Source: Mobula hypostoma (taxonomy: Eukaryota). Taken from it: a stretch of DNA of 64,000 nucleotides. The stretch lies in NCBI RefSeq assembly GCF_963921235.1, contig NC_086106.1, forward strand, positions 19,654,001 to 19,718,000. Direction: 5' to 3'. Both the position numbers and the translations under genes were made by a program. The notes beneath the pieces are model-generated. The model made no database searches. It was given only the letters and a program-made list of their open reading frames with translations, and was not told the origin of the DNA. This document shows, piece by piece, positions 48,917 through 59,708 of the stretch (within the stretch, counting starts at the first letter, position 1; each line of letters begins with the position of its first letter).

Positions 48917-49845
48917 GTTAGTATGAGACATAATTTTCTCTGAAAAGCTGCATTGATCTCAGAGCATAAATCTGGAGTAGGAACCTTTGCCAGATAATGT
49001 TGGGCACAGCAATTAGCTCCTTTAATCTACTCTTACAACAGCAGTACTACCCCTCACCAAAATGACATTGAGAAAAAATAAGGAATTGAAATGGGGGAAA
49101 GGTCCTCCTGAACTCACTGAAACTCAGTATTAGTGGAGGGTGGAGGAAACAACTTGCGCTGATCTGCCTCCATTGTATCCACTCCTTTCGGGAGCCTCTC
49201 CACCACCCCCTCCCACTAAACCATCCCTACAGATCAGCTCCTGTACACATACAGAGACCACTGGCCCATCGTGCCCCTGCACACAGAACAACAATTTAAA
49301 CTTTACCCCACTCCTCCTGCACTTTCCCCTCCCACCCTGCAGCTGCCCCCTCTTCTGGTAAAAGCAATCCCTTGTGAATGTGATGAAGAAATCCACTCCA
49401 TTGCCCTTCTTTAACCATCTTCTCACAGATCTGAACAAGCCTTTGCAGTTACAATGAATTAATTTCCTCCTGTCCTTCTGTTCTGTTCTTCTTTCTCATT
49501 GAAAGTAAAATTGTGTTTCCCAAACTTGCCAGTGGAAACAGTCCCACACCATGTACTCCTGCTCACAGGAGCTGGTATCAGTCATTCTCCATTAAACAAT
49601 TAGATCATGGCAGGTCTGCACCTCAACCCCATGACCCACCTCTCTGCATTATCATAGCACAGTGGGACACACTGCTGGGAGACCCAAGTTATACACCCAG
49701 CCCTCCCACTCACTGGTGTGAGCCATCAGATCATCAGATCAGCTGTAAATTAACAGCATGCTTCAGAGGGCTGGAATTGGGGAACTTGCCCGACATAAAG
49801 GAGAATAAAGTCCAAAACATGGGCAAAGCAATCATGTACTGACAG

Positions 49846-50163
49846 ATATTAAATGTGTTACAGCTCCGAAGCTCAGCTCCCTTGTTCCATCCTGGGAGGC
49901 AATCCACAGTCAAGCAAATGCTGTCCTGGGCTGTGTGATATCTGGATTCTCTCCTGACAATGTTAAAGTATCCTGGAAAAAAGCTGGATCTGCCCAAGAA
50001 GGCATCGTTCTCCCTTCCACTCCAAGATCTGATGGTGGATTTGAAACAATCTCTTAACTGACAGTGCCTGTGCAGGAATGGACCAAGAAACAGAAATATA
50101 CTCGTGAAGTAAATCACGCAGCTTCCGGTTTCAGTGGTCAGGTCAACATGACGTATCAAGAGG
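49846..50163 (+). pseudogene. IgW: IgW CH2 exon, disrupted
   Basis: [12 protein letters not shown]...[20 protein letters not shown]...FETIS*LTVPVQEW...YTREVNH...NMTYQE. TAA at 50055-50057, and the second Cys is CGT at 50103-50105. Donor is GTGAGT. The acceptor is weak, with an alternative in-frame start at 49864. Confidence 0.9.
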
Positions 50164-50479
50164 GTGAGTGATGTCTGAAGAAAAACTAATTTACTTACAG
50201 AACTAAACTTCTTAACTGATACTCCCACACAATTCCTGTCCCTACTGTCAATCTTGTTGAGTGATATACAGATGACCTTTGCACTTTGAATCAACTCATA
50301 TCACCAGCAGCTTTAACCCCATCTACTGGGCAGGAAAGGTGTAAGATTAGGTCACCTGTCCATTCTGTCTCAATAATTTTAGTTGTCTCTGTATGTAGTT
50401 AGAATGAAAATAAGTTAATGAGCAAAGCTCACATCTTATGCTTTACCATCCCGAGAAAATCTCCCCTTTCCCTTTCACT

Positions 50480-50800
50480 GTGCTCTCAGTGTCAGTTCCT
50501 CAAGAAGACGTTTTTTTTCTGGTGGGGATGTCGAGAACTAGAGGGCAAAGCCTCAAAGCCAAAGGAGAAAATTTTTCACCAGATAGTGGTAAACTTTTGG
50601 AATGCTCTGCCACAGACTATGGTGGAGGCCAAGTCTGTACTTATATTTAAGGCAGAAGTTGATCCTTGCCCGATCTGTCAAGGAATATGGTGACAAGGCA
50701 GGTGTATGGGGTTGAGTGAGATCCGGGATCAGCTATGATGGAATGGCATAGCAGACTTGATGGGCAGAATGGCCTAGTTCTGCTCCTATGCCTCATAGTC
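50480..50800 (+). mobile_element. CR1 3' fragment
   Basis: SRTRGQSLK...VVNFWNALPQ, with the CR1 3' end. Confidence 0.75.
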
Positions 50801-51145
50801 ATAAAAAATATCTCTGCAATTTTGTATTTGCTTCAGTCTCCAGAGTCTGTTTCCAGTGTTTCCTGAGAGACTCTTCTGTCGATTGTCCACTCACTGAAAT
50901 GTAGGTGGCTGGATTATTTTTGAATTGATGCCCAATCCTCGAGTTAATGTTGTGACCTTGTGTCCTCAGATCCTCAACCAGGTTCAGAGAGCACATGCAT
51001 TTATCAAGGCTGACATAACCTCATCCTGATAGGATGCAATATAAAGAGGATAGAGAGTGGGAATATGTGGGGATCCCCTTTTTCCCAGCACTGGAAAAGA
51101 GATGAAAATATCTAACACTTAAATCTATGAATTTTCCATTTCCAG

Positions 51146-51276
51146 GTGGAAAATGTCCCGGCTGTTTTTCGGAGCCTGTGCCATTGTTCTTTATCCAGAG
51201 TAATCTCAATGCAACATTCTCCGATGGTTCTACCCAACAGTATCATTGTTCAGCAGGAAAGTGTGAAGTAAAGTGA
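51146..51276 (+). CDS. IgW: IgW short-form Cys-rich secretory tail exon
   Basis: TTTTCCATTTCCAG acceptor in phase 1 matching CH2. Encodes GGKCPGCFSEPVPLFFIQSNLNATFSDGSTQQYHCSAGKCEVK* (4 Cys, NAT sequon), which resembles the skate IgX/IgW short tail as I recall it. Confidence 0.85.
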
Positions 51277-51439
51277 TTGGCTGTGTATACAACTATTCGT
51301 TGAATTTTATTACAATCCATTTACTGGATTCCAAACCTGCCTCTGGTATCCATTGGGATTGAAGTTTAACAGAGAGAGAAGAAAACACGTGATTCAAACT
51401 GACTACCTCTACCCTCCACATTTCAGTTCAACTTTCCAT

Positions 51440-52245
51440 TCCCCTTGTGGTAACCTAGTTCAATTTGACTTCCTCTTCCCATTCTGACATGTCTGTCCGT
51501 GGCCTCCTCTACTGCCATGGTGAGGCTAAAGTCAGGTCGGAGGAGCAACACCTCAAATTCCATCCAGATATCTGCCAATCTGCTGGTAGAAATACTTTGT
51601 CCTGACGAAGGATCTCGACCCGAAACATCGACTGTACTTCTTCCCATAGATGCTGCCTGGCCTGCTGCATTCCACCAGCATTTTCTGTGTGTTGCTTGAA
51701 TTTCCAGCATTTGCAGATTTTCTCGTGTTTGTGGCATAAATACTTATTTTGGCAAATTCCTGTAATCTCCCCCTGCTCCTTTTTTCTCCCTTTTTTTTTC
51801 TATTCCCCACGCTAGATACCCTCTCATCCCTTCACCTCCTCACCTGCCCATCATCTCCATTTGGTCGCTCCCCCCCCCCCCCACCATCACCTGCATTTTC
51901 CTCTATAGTCCATTGTCCTGTCAGATTCCTTCTGTTTTAGCCAATTACAGTTTGTAACTCTTCCAATTACCCCTACCAGCTTCTTAATTCATACCCCCTC
52001 CCCCATCCACACACTTTCCCCCTCACCTGGTCTCACCTCTCATCTGACAATGTATTCCTCCCTACTCCACCCACCTTCTTATTCTGTCTTCTGCCCACTT
52101 CCTTTCCAGTACCAGTGAAATCTCTCGGCCCAAAATATCGACTGTTTATTTCCATCCACAGATGCTGCCTGACTTGCCGAGTTCCTCCAGCACTTTGTGT
52201 GTGTTGTTCAAGATTTCCAGCATCTGTAGAATCTCTTGTGTTTCT
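51440..52245 (+). mobile_element. Penelope-like element 3' end (GIY-YIG C-terminus) with partially tandem terminal repeats
   Basis: HSDMSVRGLLYCHGEAKVRSEEQHLKF, with the terminal motif repeated at 51600-51730 and 52110-52245. Confidence 0.8.
51598..51633 (+). ncRNA. Minimal hammerhead ribozyme motif
   Basis: GUC-CUGACGA-A-GGA-UCUCGA-CCC-GAAA-C-AUC-GAC: core intact, stems short and imperfect. Confidence 0.5.
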
Positions 52246-53749
52246 GGTTGTCCATACACTCATTCATTTGTGTACATTGTTGCTTCAGTGTGACTCAGAT
52301 CCCAATTCCAGTTTCCTTGGCCAGACTCCCTCCTGTCTGACTCCAGTCAACAAGAACTGGAACCTGTTTTTCACCCAGTGGCTATGAGGCACGAGGTGAT
52401 GAAGGTGAACGGGGCTGAATTTCCAAATTGACTCAGTCAAAGGATGGATGACCCTTTGATAAAGTTGGGCACAAGACAAGTTGGTGAGACAAGACACAGG
52501 GGTCTAACCAGTCTCCTGCCCAATCTGACATGCTTTGTGTGTAAATCCTGGATCAGACAAATTGCTAAAGTTACATTGATCCACGTGCCAGACGTTGAAT
52601 TCAGTCCAAGAGGGAAGCTCAGTAATCCTAAGGAATGTCAGAAAGGAGAATGTTTTGTGAGAATTACCCAAGCATTGAAAGAATTATATGCTATTTGTGG
52701 AATAACACCAGCATTCAGAAACAAGGGAAGTGATCCTGACTGTCAGGTTTTATGAGGGGATTGCATTTCCCAGGAACTGCTGAACATCAAGACCGTGCTG
52801 ATATGGGACATAACTGAGAAACCTGCAGAAAACATGTTTAGCAACATCACAGTGCTGATTAAACTAAGATTCACAATTCAGTGACCCTTCAGTGTACACC
52901 TAGGTTTGCATATTTGTGATATTACATGACAACAATGATCATCTAGACTACCTCCATGGACTTCATGGCAATCACACAAAACTGACACTAACCCAGAGGA
53001 CAGGTGACACAAAACTTGATCAAAGAGCTGTTGTATTCACTTATCATCTCCTCCCAATCACTGATCACTCTGGAACTGAAAAACTTGCTACCTCATTCCT
53101 GATGGTGATTAAGGTTCAGCCGTATTGCTGCAGGTCTGGAGTCACATATCAGACATACCAGACGAGATTTCTTCCCAGAAGGTACAATAGCAAATAACAC
53201 TGCAAATACCCAGTAGTGAGTGAGCAGAGTTGAAAGAATATGAAGTTTTCTGAAGTTTGTGTGGGTGGTGAAGTTTGCGGAGATGGGGAGGGGCACAGCC
53301 ACTGTGAGACTGGAATGTCGGGATGTGAAGTTATTAAACTGAGTGAATCCCAGGCTCAGCCCAGATGGAGAAAGAGATTCTCATTGATTCACAGTGCTCG
53401 TTGTTACTACTCAATGGCACTGAGTCTCCGGGCAAAGAATATACTGAGCTGTGTCTCTGCTGAGAAATCTGCATGCTTCTCTGTCTCACAGAGCTCCGTC
53501 TCACAGTGAACCGATTTGTACAGTTATTAGAAAGGAATTCGAAACCTAGTTAGCACATCCTTTATTCTGATTTTCTTTTTCTCAATCAAAACGTACAGGA
53601 ATATGGGACACGTGACTCAGCCTTGGGTGTTTCTGTTATTCCGTTTGCATTAAATGCAGCTGTCAAGTACTGATGATCTGCCTGGACCTAACACAACCAA
53701 TGGAAATATCTCCAGTAAGATTCTGAGCATTTCCATTTCTAACCCACAG

Positions 53750-54052
53750 AATTATCTGTCTTTATTCAAAATCCCGACATTGAAGAGATGTGGATCGACA
53801 AGTCTGCTACTGTGAAGTGCACGGTTCTCTGTACAGATCCCGAAGATATCCACATCTCTTGGCACGTGGGCGGGAAGGAGAAAACTAAAGGAATTCGCAC
53901 CCACCCAGCGGAGAGGGACGGTTCCCGATACAGAGTGCTCAGTGAACTCCAGATCAGTGTGGAGGAGTGGTTCAGTGGGGTGGAGTACGAGTGCTCAGCT
54001 CAGGAATCTCCTTCATCTTCCCCAGTGTCAGCACGGACCAATAGTACCAAAG
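53750..54052 (+). CDS. IgW: IgW CH3 exon (open; homologous to IgNAR C2)
   Basis: ELSVFIQNPDIEEMWIDKSATVKCTVL...ISWHVGG...SVEEWFSGVEYECSAQ, with AG/GT sites, phase 1-1. Confidence 0.92.
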
Positions 54053-54140
54053 GTGGGCAAGAGACCAGCGATTAAATGGCCAGCATTAGTTACCTGAGTC
54101 AAAATGTTTGACATTTCCTTTGTTTTCTTGTCTACTCCAG

Positions 54141-54458
54141 TCGAGATAAGAAGTCCCAAGGTCAGACTGCTGCCTCCACCTCAGGAAGAGACCAAGAATT
54201 GGAAAGCAGCCACACTGGAGTGTGTGGTGTCTGGATTCTACCCGGACCAAATAAATGTCACCTGGGAGAAAGGCAGCACCATGATCATCTCCAACATCAG
54301 CGTTACACCAACCACTCTGCAGCAGGGGTGGACCTTCAGTGCCAGACACTTCCTGACCATGAGTTTACAGGAGTGGAAGACAGAATCAGTCTTCAGCTGT
54401 ACAGTGATTCATCCCCCCTCCAACACCCGTATCAAGAAGCAAGTGAAGAACGTCCAAG
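54141..54458 (+). CDS. IgW: IgW CH4 exon (open; homologous to IgNAR C3)
   Basis: VEIRSPKVRLLPPPQEE...ATLECVVSGFYPDQINVTWEK...FSCTVIHPPS, with an 88-bp intron from CH3. Confidence 0.93.
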
Positions 54459-55804
54459 GTAGGGTCCTGGGACTCACCCCATTATTGAAACTGTTTACAT
54501 TGTGCTATGAATTCAAGGTCAACACAAAATCATGGTGCAGCTCTGGTTCAGTTATGTGAGTGAACTGATAAAGTTCAAAGTACAAAGTACATTTATTATC
54601 AAAGTATGTGCACCATATACAACCTTGAGATTCTCTTCTTCCAGGCAGTCACAAAACAAAGAAACACAATAGAACTCAGAGTCAAACATCCAATGTGTGA
54701 AAAAAACCAATTGTGCAAACAATAAAAAAATTCAAACAAACAATCCACAGAACCTGAACCGTGGAGCCCCCTGAAGTAAATCCACAGCCACGTTGCCAGT
54801 TCAGCACTGCAACCGGTGCAGGAGACCAATGGCTGCAGGCCACGGCCGTGGAGCCAGGCTCAGTGCTGAGGTGAGTGCCGATGGCTGCAGGCCGCAGCTG
54901 CAGAGTCAGTTCAGTGCTGAGGCGAGTGAAGCCTCATCGAGAAGTGAGCTGAATACCGGTTTGTCCATTGACTCAGCCTCAATGCCTTCATCTTTTTCAT
55001 CTCTCTTGGCACTTAAATCGGCCAATCTTCGGTTTGTTCTCCGCTCTAAACCAACATGGTCCAGAACTTTCACCATAGAAATAATTGCATCCCCAAAAAT
55101 ACTTTCATAACTTGAGAGGAATCTGGATCATTTCACTGGACAGGCACTCTGGAGATCCCTGATACTTGTTTTCAAAATGCTGTCTGCCTCTGCCTTTGAA
55201 CATAATCCCAGCCTCCGATCAGTGCCTCAGTTGTGACTGAATTTCCAGCAGAGCAGCTCTCCCTCTGCTCCTGTGTGGGAATAGTCAGCCTGGACAAGGG
55301 GGTGTAGAGGTCCCTGGAGGGCGGCCTGAACACACTACATTCTGACAAAGCAGCAGAAAATTTTAGTTACACTTAGAGAAAAAAAGTATTTTTTAGCATT
55401 TGTGACAAAAACTAAATGTTTCTGATACTTAAATTTTGAAATATCAAGTGTATTTTCTGAAATATCTTCACATGAAATTTTGCTCCGTTTCCCATTCTAC
55501 AAATACACTCTGAAATGCTTTTTTTTCTGTACTTGTTTTAGTAAGTGACCGATAACAGTTTAAGTGACCATGAAACTTCAAAAATAATGTAAGGGCCAAT
55601 CTTGTTCATTTACATTCCCTCAGGGTATTTACCCTGTTTGCTCAATAGGGGAGATCCCTTTCTTCACCAATGTAGATAGATCTCATCTCATCTTGATGGG
55701 ACTGGTAGATCATTGACAAGGGATGAACAGGGAACATTGGTCTTGTCAGTGACAAACTCGACCATTGGGGAATGGTGAAATAATGATTGTGACATTTCTC
55801 CCAG

Positions 55805-56113
55805 CTACCCGACCCTTGGTCACTTTAAGCAAACCTCCCTTTGAAGAGATTTGGACAAAGAGGACAGCAAACATTCTTTGTGAGGTGGTTCACAGTGAAT
55901 TACAGGGATTCAGTGTAAGCTGACAGGTGGACGGAAGGAAGAGGGAAGATGGGGTGAGGACTCAGGGTCCGGACAGCAACGGAGGTGAAGACATGATCAC
56001 CAGCAGACTGACAGTCCCTGCTGCAGAGTGGAACAGTGGGGCTGCGTACTCGTGTGTGATAGAGGACAAGAGTTTGCCAACACCAGTGAAGAAATCCATC
56101 AGGAAGGACACAG
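55805..56113 (+). pseudogene. IgW: IgW CH5 exon with conserved Trp mutated to stop (homologous to IgNAR C4)
   Basis: TLSKPPFEEIWTKRTANILCEVV...FSVS*QVDG...EWNSGAAYSCVIEDKSLPTPVKKSIRK, with TGA at 55921-55923. Confidence 0.92.
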
Positions 56114-56768
56114 GTACGTGTGGACAGAATTCAGTGTGAATCTGATCTTGGCAATTTGACAGATTTATCAGCATCCAGCACTGTGATAGGCTATAGAAAA
56201 TGAGAACAGGAGCAGGTCACTGGGTCTCTCAATCTGCTCAACCACTCAATCTGGTCTCAGCTGATCATCCAAATTCAATCCCTGTTCCTGTTTTCTCTGG
56301 ATATCCTTTGACCTATTCACCTGAAGAAGTATATACAACCCATTCTTGAATATATTAGATGATAAGTCTTCAAGTGCTTTCTGTGGGAGAGAGTTCCACA
56401 GGTTCTCACTCCCTCTCACACATACACAGCTTAGACTGCCACCCCTGCTCCAGGGGAGATGGAACAAACAGCACAGGATGATGCAAGTCCAGGGGCTGAG
56501 TTCCACTTTCTGTCGAGTTGCTGAGTTCAGCGACTTCAATTGATTAAACTGAATAGACCAACCTCGCTGGAAGTTGTGAAGTACAGCAGGTTGAAGATTT
56601 TCACTCCACAAATCCCAATGATGAGCAGAAAGAGAAAAGCCTTTAGTTTCAGATAAAGGGAAGACTCTCAGATTTAGAAATTGTTCATGTTGATGCAAGA
56701 CCAGAATGTGTTGGGTAAGTAGGGAATTAATGGAAGATTCATTCTAACTGAGATTCTCTCTGTTCCAG

Positions 56769-57154
56769 GTGGTGTTGTGACTCGTCCTCAGGTCTACCTC
56801 CTCCCCGCTTCATCGGATGAGGTAGACACCGATCAGACTGTGACCTTGATGTGTCTGATCACCAAGTTCTCTCCCGTAGAGATCTATGTGGCCTGGATGG
56901 CCAATGGCACCCTTCTGAAGACAGGGTTTGTGAACCAGCCGGTGACCAAGGACTCCAGAAATGGCTGGAACACAATGACCAGTCAGCTGAAGGTTTCTCC
57001 TGAGGAGTGGAATAGCGGCACCACTTTCTCCTGTGTGGTGGGTCACGAGTCGCTCACAATCAACCTGTTCCGCTGCATCAATAAATCTCACAGCAAACCC
57101 ACCCTGGTCAATGTCTCACTTGTTCTGACTGGTAGTTTTAAATCTTGTGTGTAA
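56769..57154 (+). CDS. IgW: IgW CH6 exon plus long-form secretory tailpiece (open)
   Basis: RPQVYLLPAS...TVTLMCLITKFSPVEIYVAW...FSCVVGHESL...KSHSKPTLVNVSLVLTGSFKSCV*, with an NVS sequon and a penultimate Cys. Confidence 0.95.
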
Positions 57155-57274
57155 TACTGTGCGATTCAATCCATGAAACCCCAGTTTTGTTAGTTTTATG
57201 ATTATTAATTATTAGAGCGGGTTACTTAACTGACTAAAACATGTTTAAAATCTGGACCTTTTAAAATAATTAAG

Positions 57275-57280
57275 AATAAA
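57275..57280 (+). terminator. Candidate polyadenylation signal of the long secretory form
   Basis: AATAAA 120 bp after the stop codon. Confidence 0.65.
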
Positions 57281-57869
57281 ATTAAACTACAAACATAATT
57301 CACCACAAATCTCTGAGTTACTGGGTACATTCTCAGACCTTCTTCTGCCACATTTGAATGGATTTTAACCCTGGTGGGACTGCACAATGTATTATCTCTT
57401 TGTATGTGTCAATATACCGATCCAAGTTCTATAAATGTGATGTTAAAATGTTCTGGTTGTGATTTTTGGAGATGGGTAATTAGGAACCTTCAACATGAGA
57501 TGTGGTAAATGATCCACACTCAGGGAGAAATAGATGTCTTTGTATTTATGGTGTCTAAATCCTTCCTCAACTGGGTGCCCCACTGATCAGCTGTCAACTA
57601 ATCATCTGAGTAATTAGAACCTACGGCCATCTGACAAAGAGGTGAGAGTGCAAACCACTGACCAGACATCATATCAGTGTCAAAGATGTCAAATCACTGT
57701 TTGAGGGCTCCTTGTCCCCACTAACATTGCTGCTCCTCATCTGGTGCCTGTGTGTCACTAACTAAATGAAACGTATCATTGTTGGGAACTATTCTGTTGC
57801 AATGGCGCTGTTAAACATCTGTCTGTCAGGGCAGATGGTTTGCATCTGTGCTGAAGGGGGAACTAATAT

Positions 57870-59520
57870 CCTAATGGGAAAGTTTGCTAATACTGCATGG
57901 GCTGGGAGGAGGGTGGGTTAAGCTAAAGTTGCAGGGGATTGGAACCGACGTCTCAGAACAGATCGTGGAGACGTTGTGGAGACAGATGTTGTTAGACCTT
58001 AGACAAAGTCAGGAATCAAAAAGTTGAACATGGTGTGAGTAATGGTCTGAGCTGCATATATTACAATACAAGAAGTATTGTAGGAAAGGCAGATGAGGTT
58101 GGGGCAGAGATCAACGCATGGAATTATGATATTGTCGCCATTAGTGAGACGTATTGCAGGAGAGGCAGCTCAGTATTCTGGTTCTGTTGTTTTAGATGTG
58201 TCAGTTTGGGAGGGATTAAAGGGGGAGGGATGGCGTTACTAGTCAGGGAAATTGTCACAGCAGTGATCAGTCAGGGAAGATTGGAGAACTCCTCTATTGA
58301 GGCTTTATGGGTGGAACTGAGGCATAAGAAAGGTATGACCATGTAAATGAGGCTATATTAAAGACCACTCAGCAGTCTGTGGGATTTAGAGGTACAAATT
58401 ATTGGGAGATCACAGACTATTGCAAGAAACATAAGGTTGCGATAGTAGATGACATCAACTTTCCACATATTGACTTGGACTCCCAGACTACAAAAAGGGA
58501 TAAAGTTTGAGAAATGTATACCAGAAAGTTTCCTTAATCAGTACATAGAAGACCCAATGAGAGTGTGTGCAATACTTGATCAATTATTAGGGAATGAGAC
58601 ATGGCAGGACACAGAAGATTGTGTACGGGAACACTTTGCATCTACTGATCATGGTGCCATTAATTTCACAGTAAATACAGAAAAAGATAGGTCTGGTTCA
58701 CAAATTCAGATTATAAGCTGGAGAAAGGCCAATTTTGATGGTATCAGAAAGGATTTGGCAAGTGTGGATGGATTGGGACAGGCTGTTCTCTGGCAAAGGT
58801 GTACTTGGCAAGTGGGAGGCGTTCAAAAGTGAAATTGTGGGAATGTAAAGCTTGTATGCCTGTCAGAAAAAAAGGCAAGGATGACAGGTTTAGGAAACCT
58901 TGGTTTTCAAGAGATATTGGGTCCCTGGTTAAGAAGTACAAGGAAGTGAACAGCAGGTATAGGCAGGTAGGTAGAAATGCAAGAAAACACCTACGAAAGA
59001 AATAAGAAGGGCTAAAAGAATGGACAAGGTTGCCCAAGCAGAAAAAGTGAAGGAGAATCCCAAGGGACTCTACAGATATGTTAAGAGCACAATGATTGCA
59101 AGGGACAAAATTGGTTCTCTAGAAGATTGAATGGTAATCGATGTGCGGTGCCAAAAGGGATGGGGAGATCATCAATGGATTTTTTGTGTCTGTATTCATT
59201 TGGGAGATGGACAGAGAGTCTATAGAAGTGAGACAAAGCAGAAGTGAGGGCATGGACCATATACAGATGACAGAGGAGGAGATGTTTGCTGTCTTGAGGA
59301 AAATTAGGGTAGGGTGGATAAATTCCCAGGGTCTGACAAGGCATTCCCTCAGACCCTGTAGAAGACAAGTGCAGAAATTGCAGGGGGGGGGGGGCGGGCC
59401 TAGCAGAGATATTTAAAACTTCCTTAGTGTCAGGTGAGGTACTGGAGAATTGCAGGATAGCTGATGTTGTTTAAAAGAGGCTGTAAAATAAACTGGGAAA
59501 TTATAGGCTGGTTAGCCAGC
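57870..59520 (+). mobile_element. Old decayed CR1 (endonuclease to RT start)
   Basis: LSCIYYNTRSIVGKADE...WNYDIVAISET and KENPKGLYRYVKS, with many indels. Confidence 0.75.
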
Positions 59521-59708
59521 CATTGGTGGTGGGGAAAATGCAAGAGTCAGTTATCAAAGATGTGATAACAGCACATTTGAAAAGGGGTGAAATCATTGGA
59601 CAAAGTCAGCATGGATTTGTGAAAGGGAAATCCTGTCTGACGAATCTTATACAATTTTTTGAAGATGTAACTAGTAGAGTGGATAGGGGAGAACCAGTGG
59701 AGGTGGTA

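Noticed and set aside
49140-49361. Pro/Cys-rich ORF between CH1 and CH2 as a hinge exon
   Set aside because: No convincing in-phase acceptor/donor pair, and the sequence is C-rich and low-complexity.
50837-50904. Short Cys-containing frame (VSRVCFQCFLRDSSVDCPLTEM) after an AG, as an alternative tail
   Set aside because: No similarity to known IgW tails, and the exon at 51146 has a better acceptor and the expected motif.
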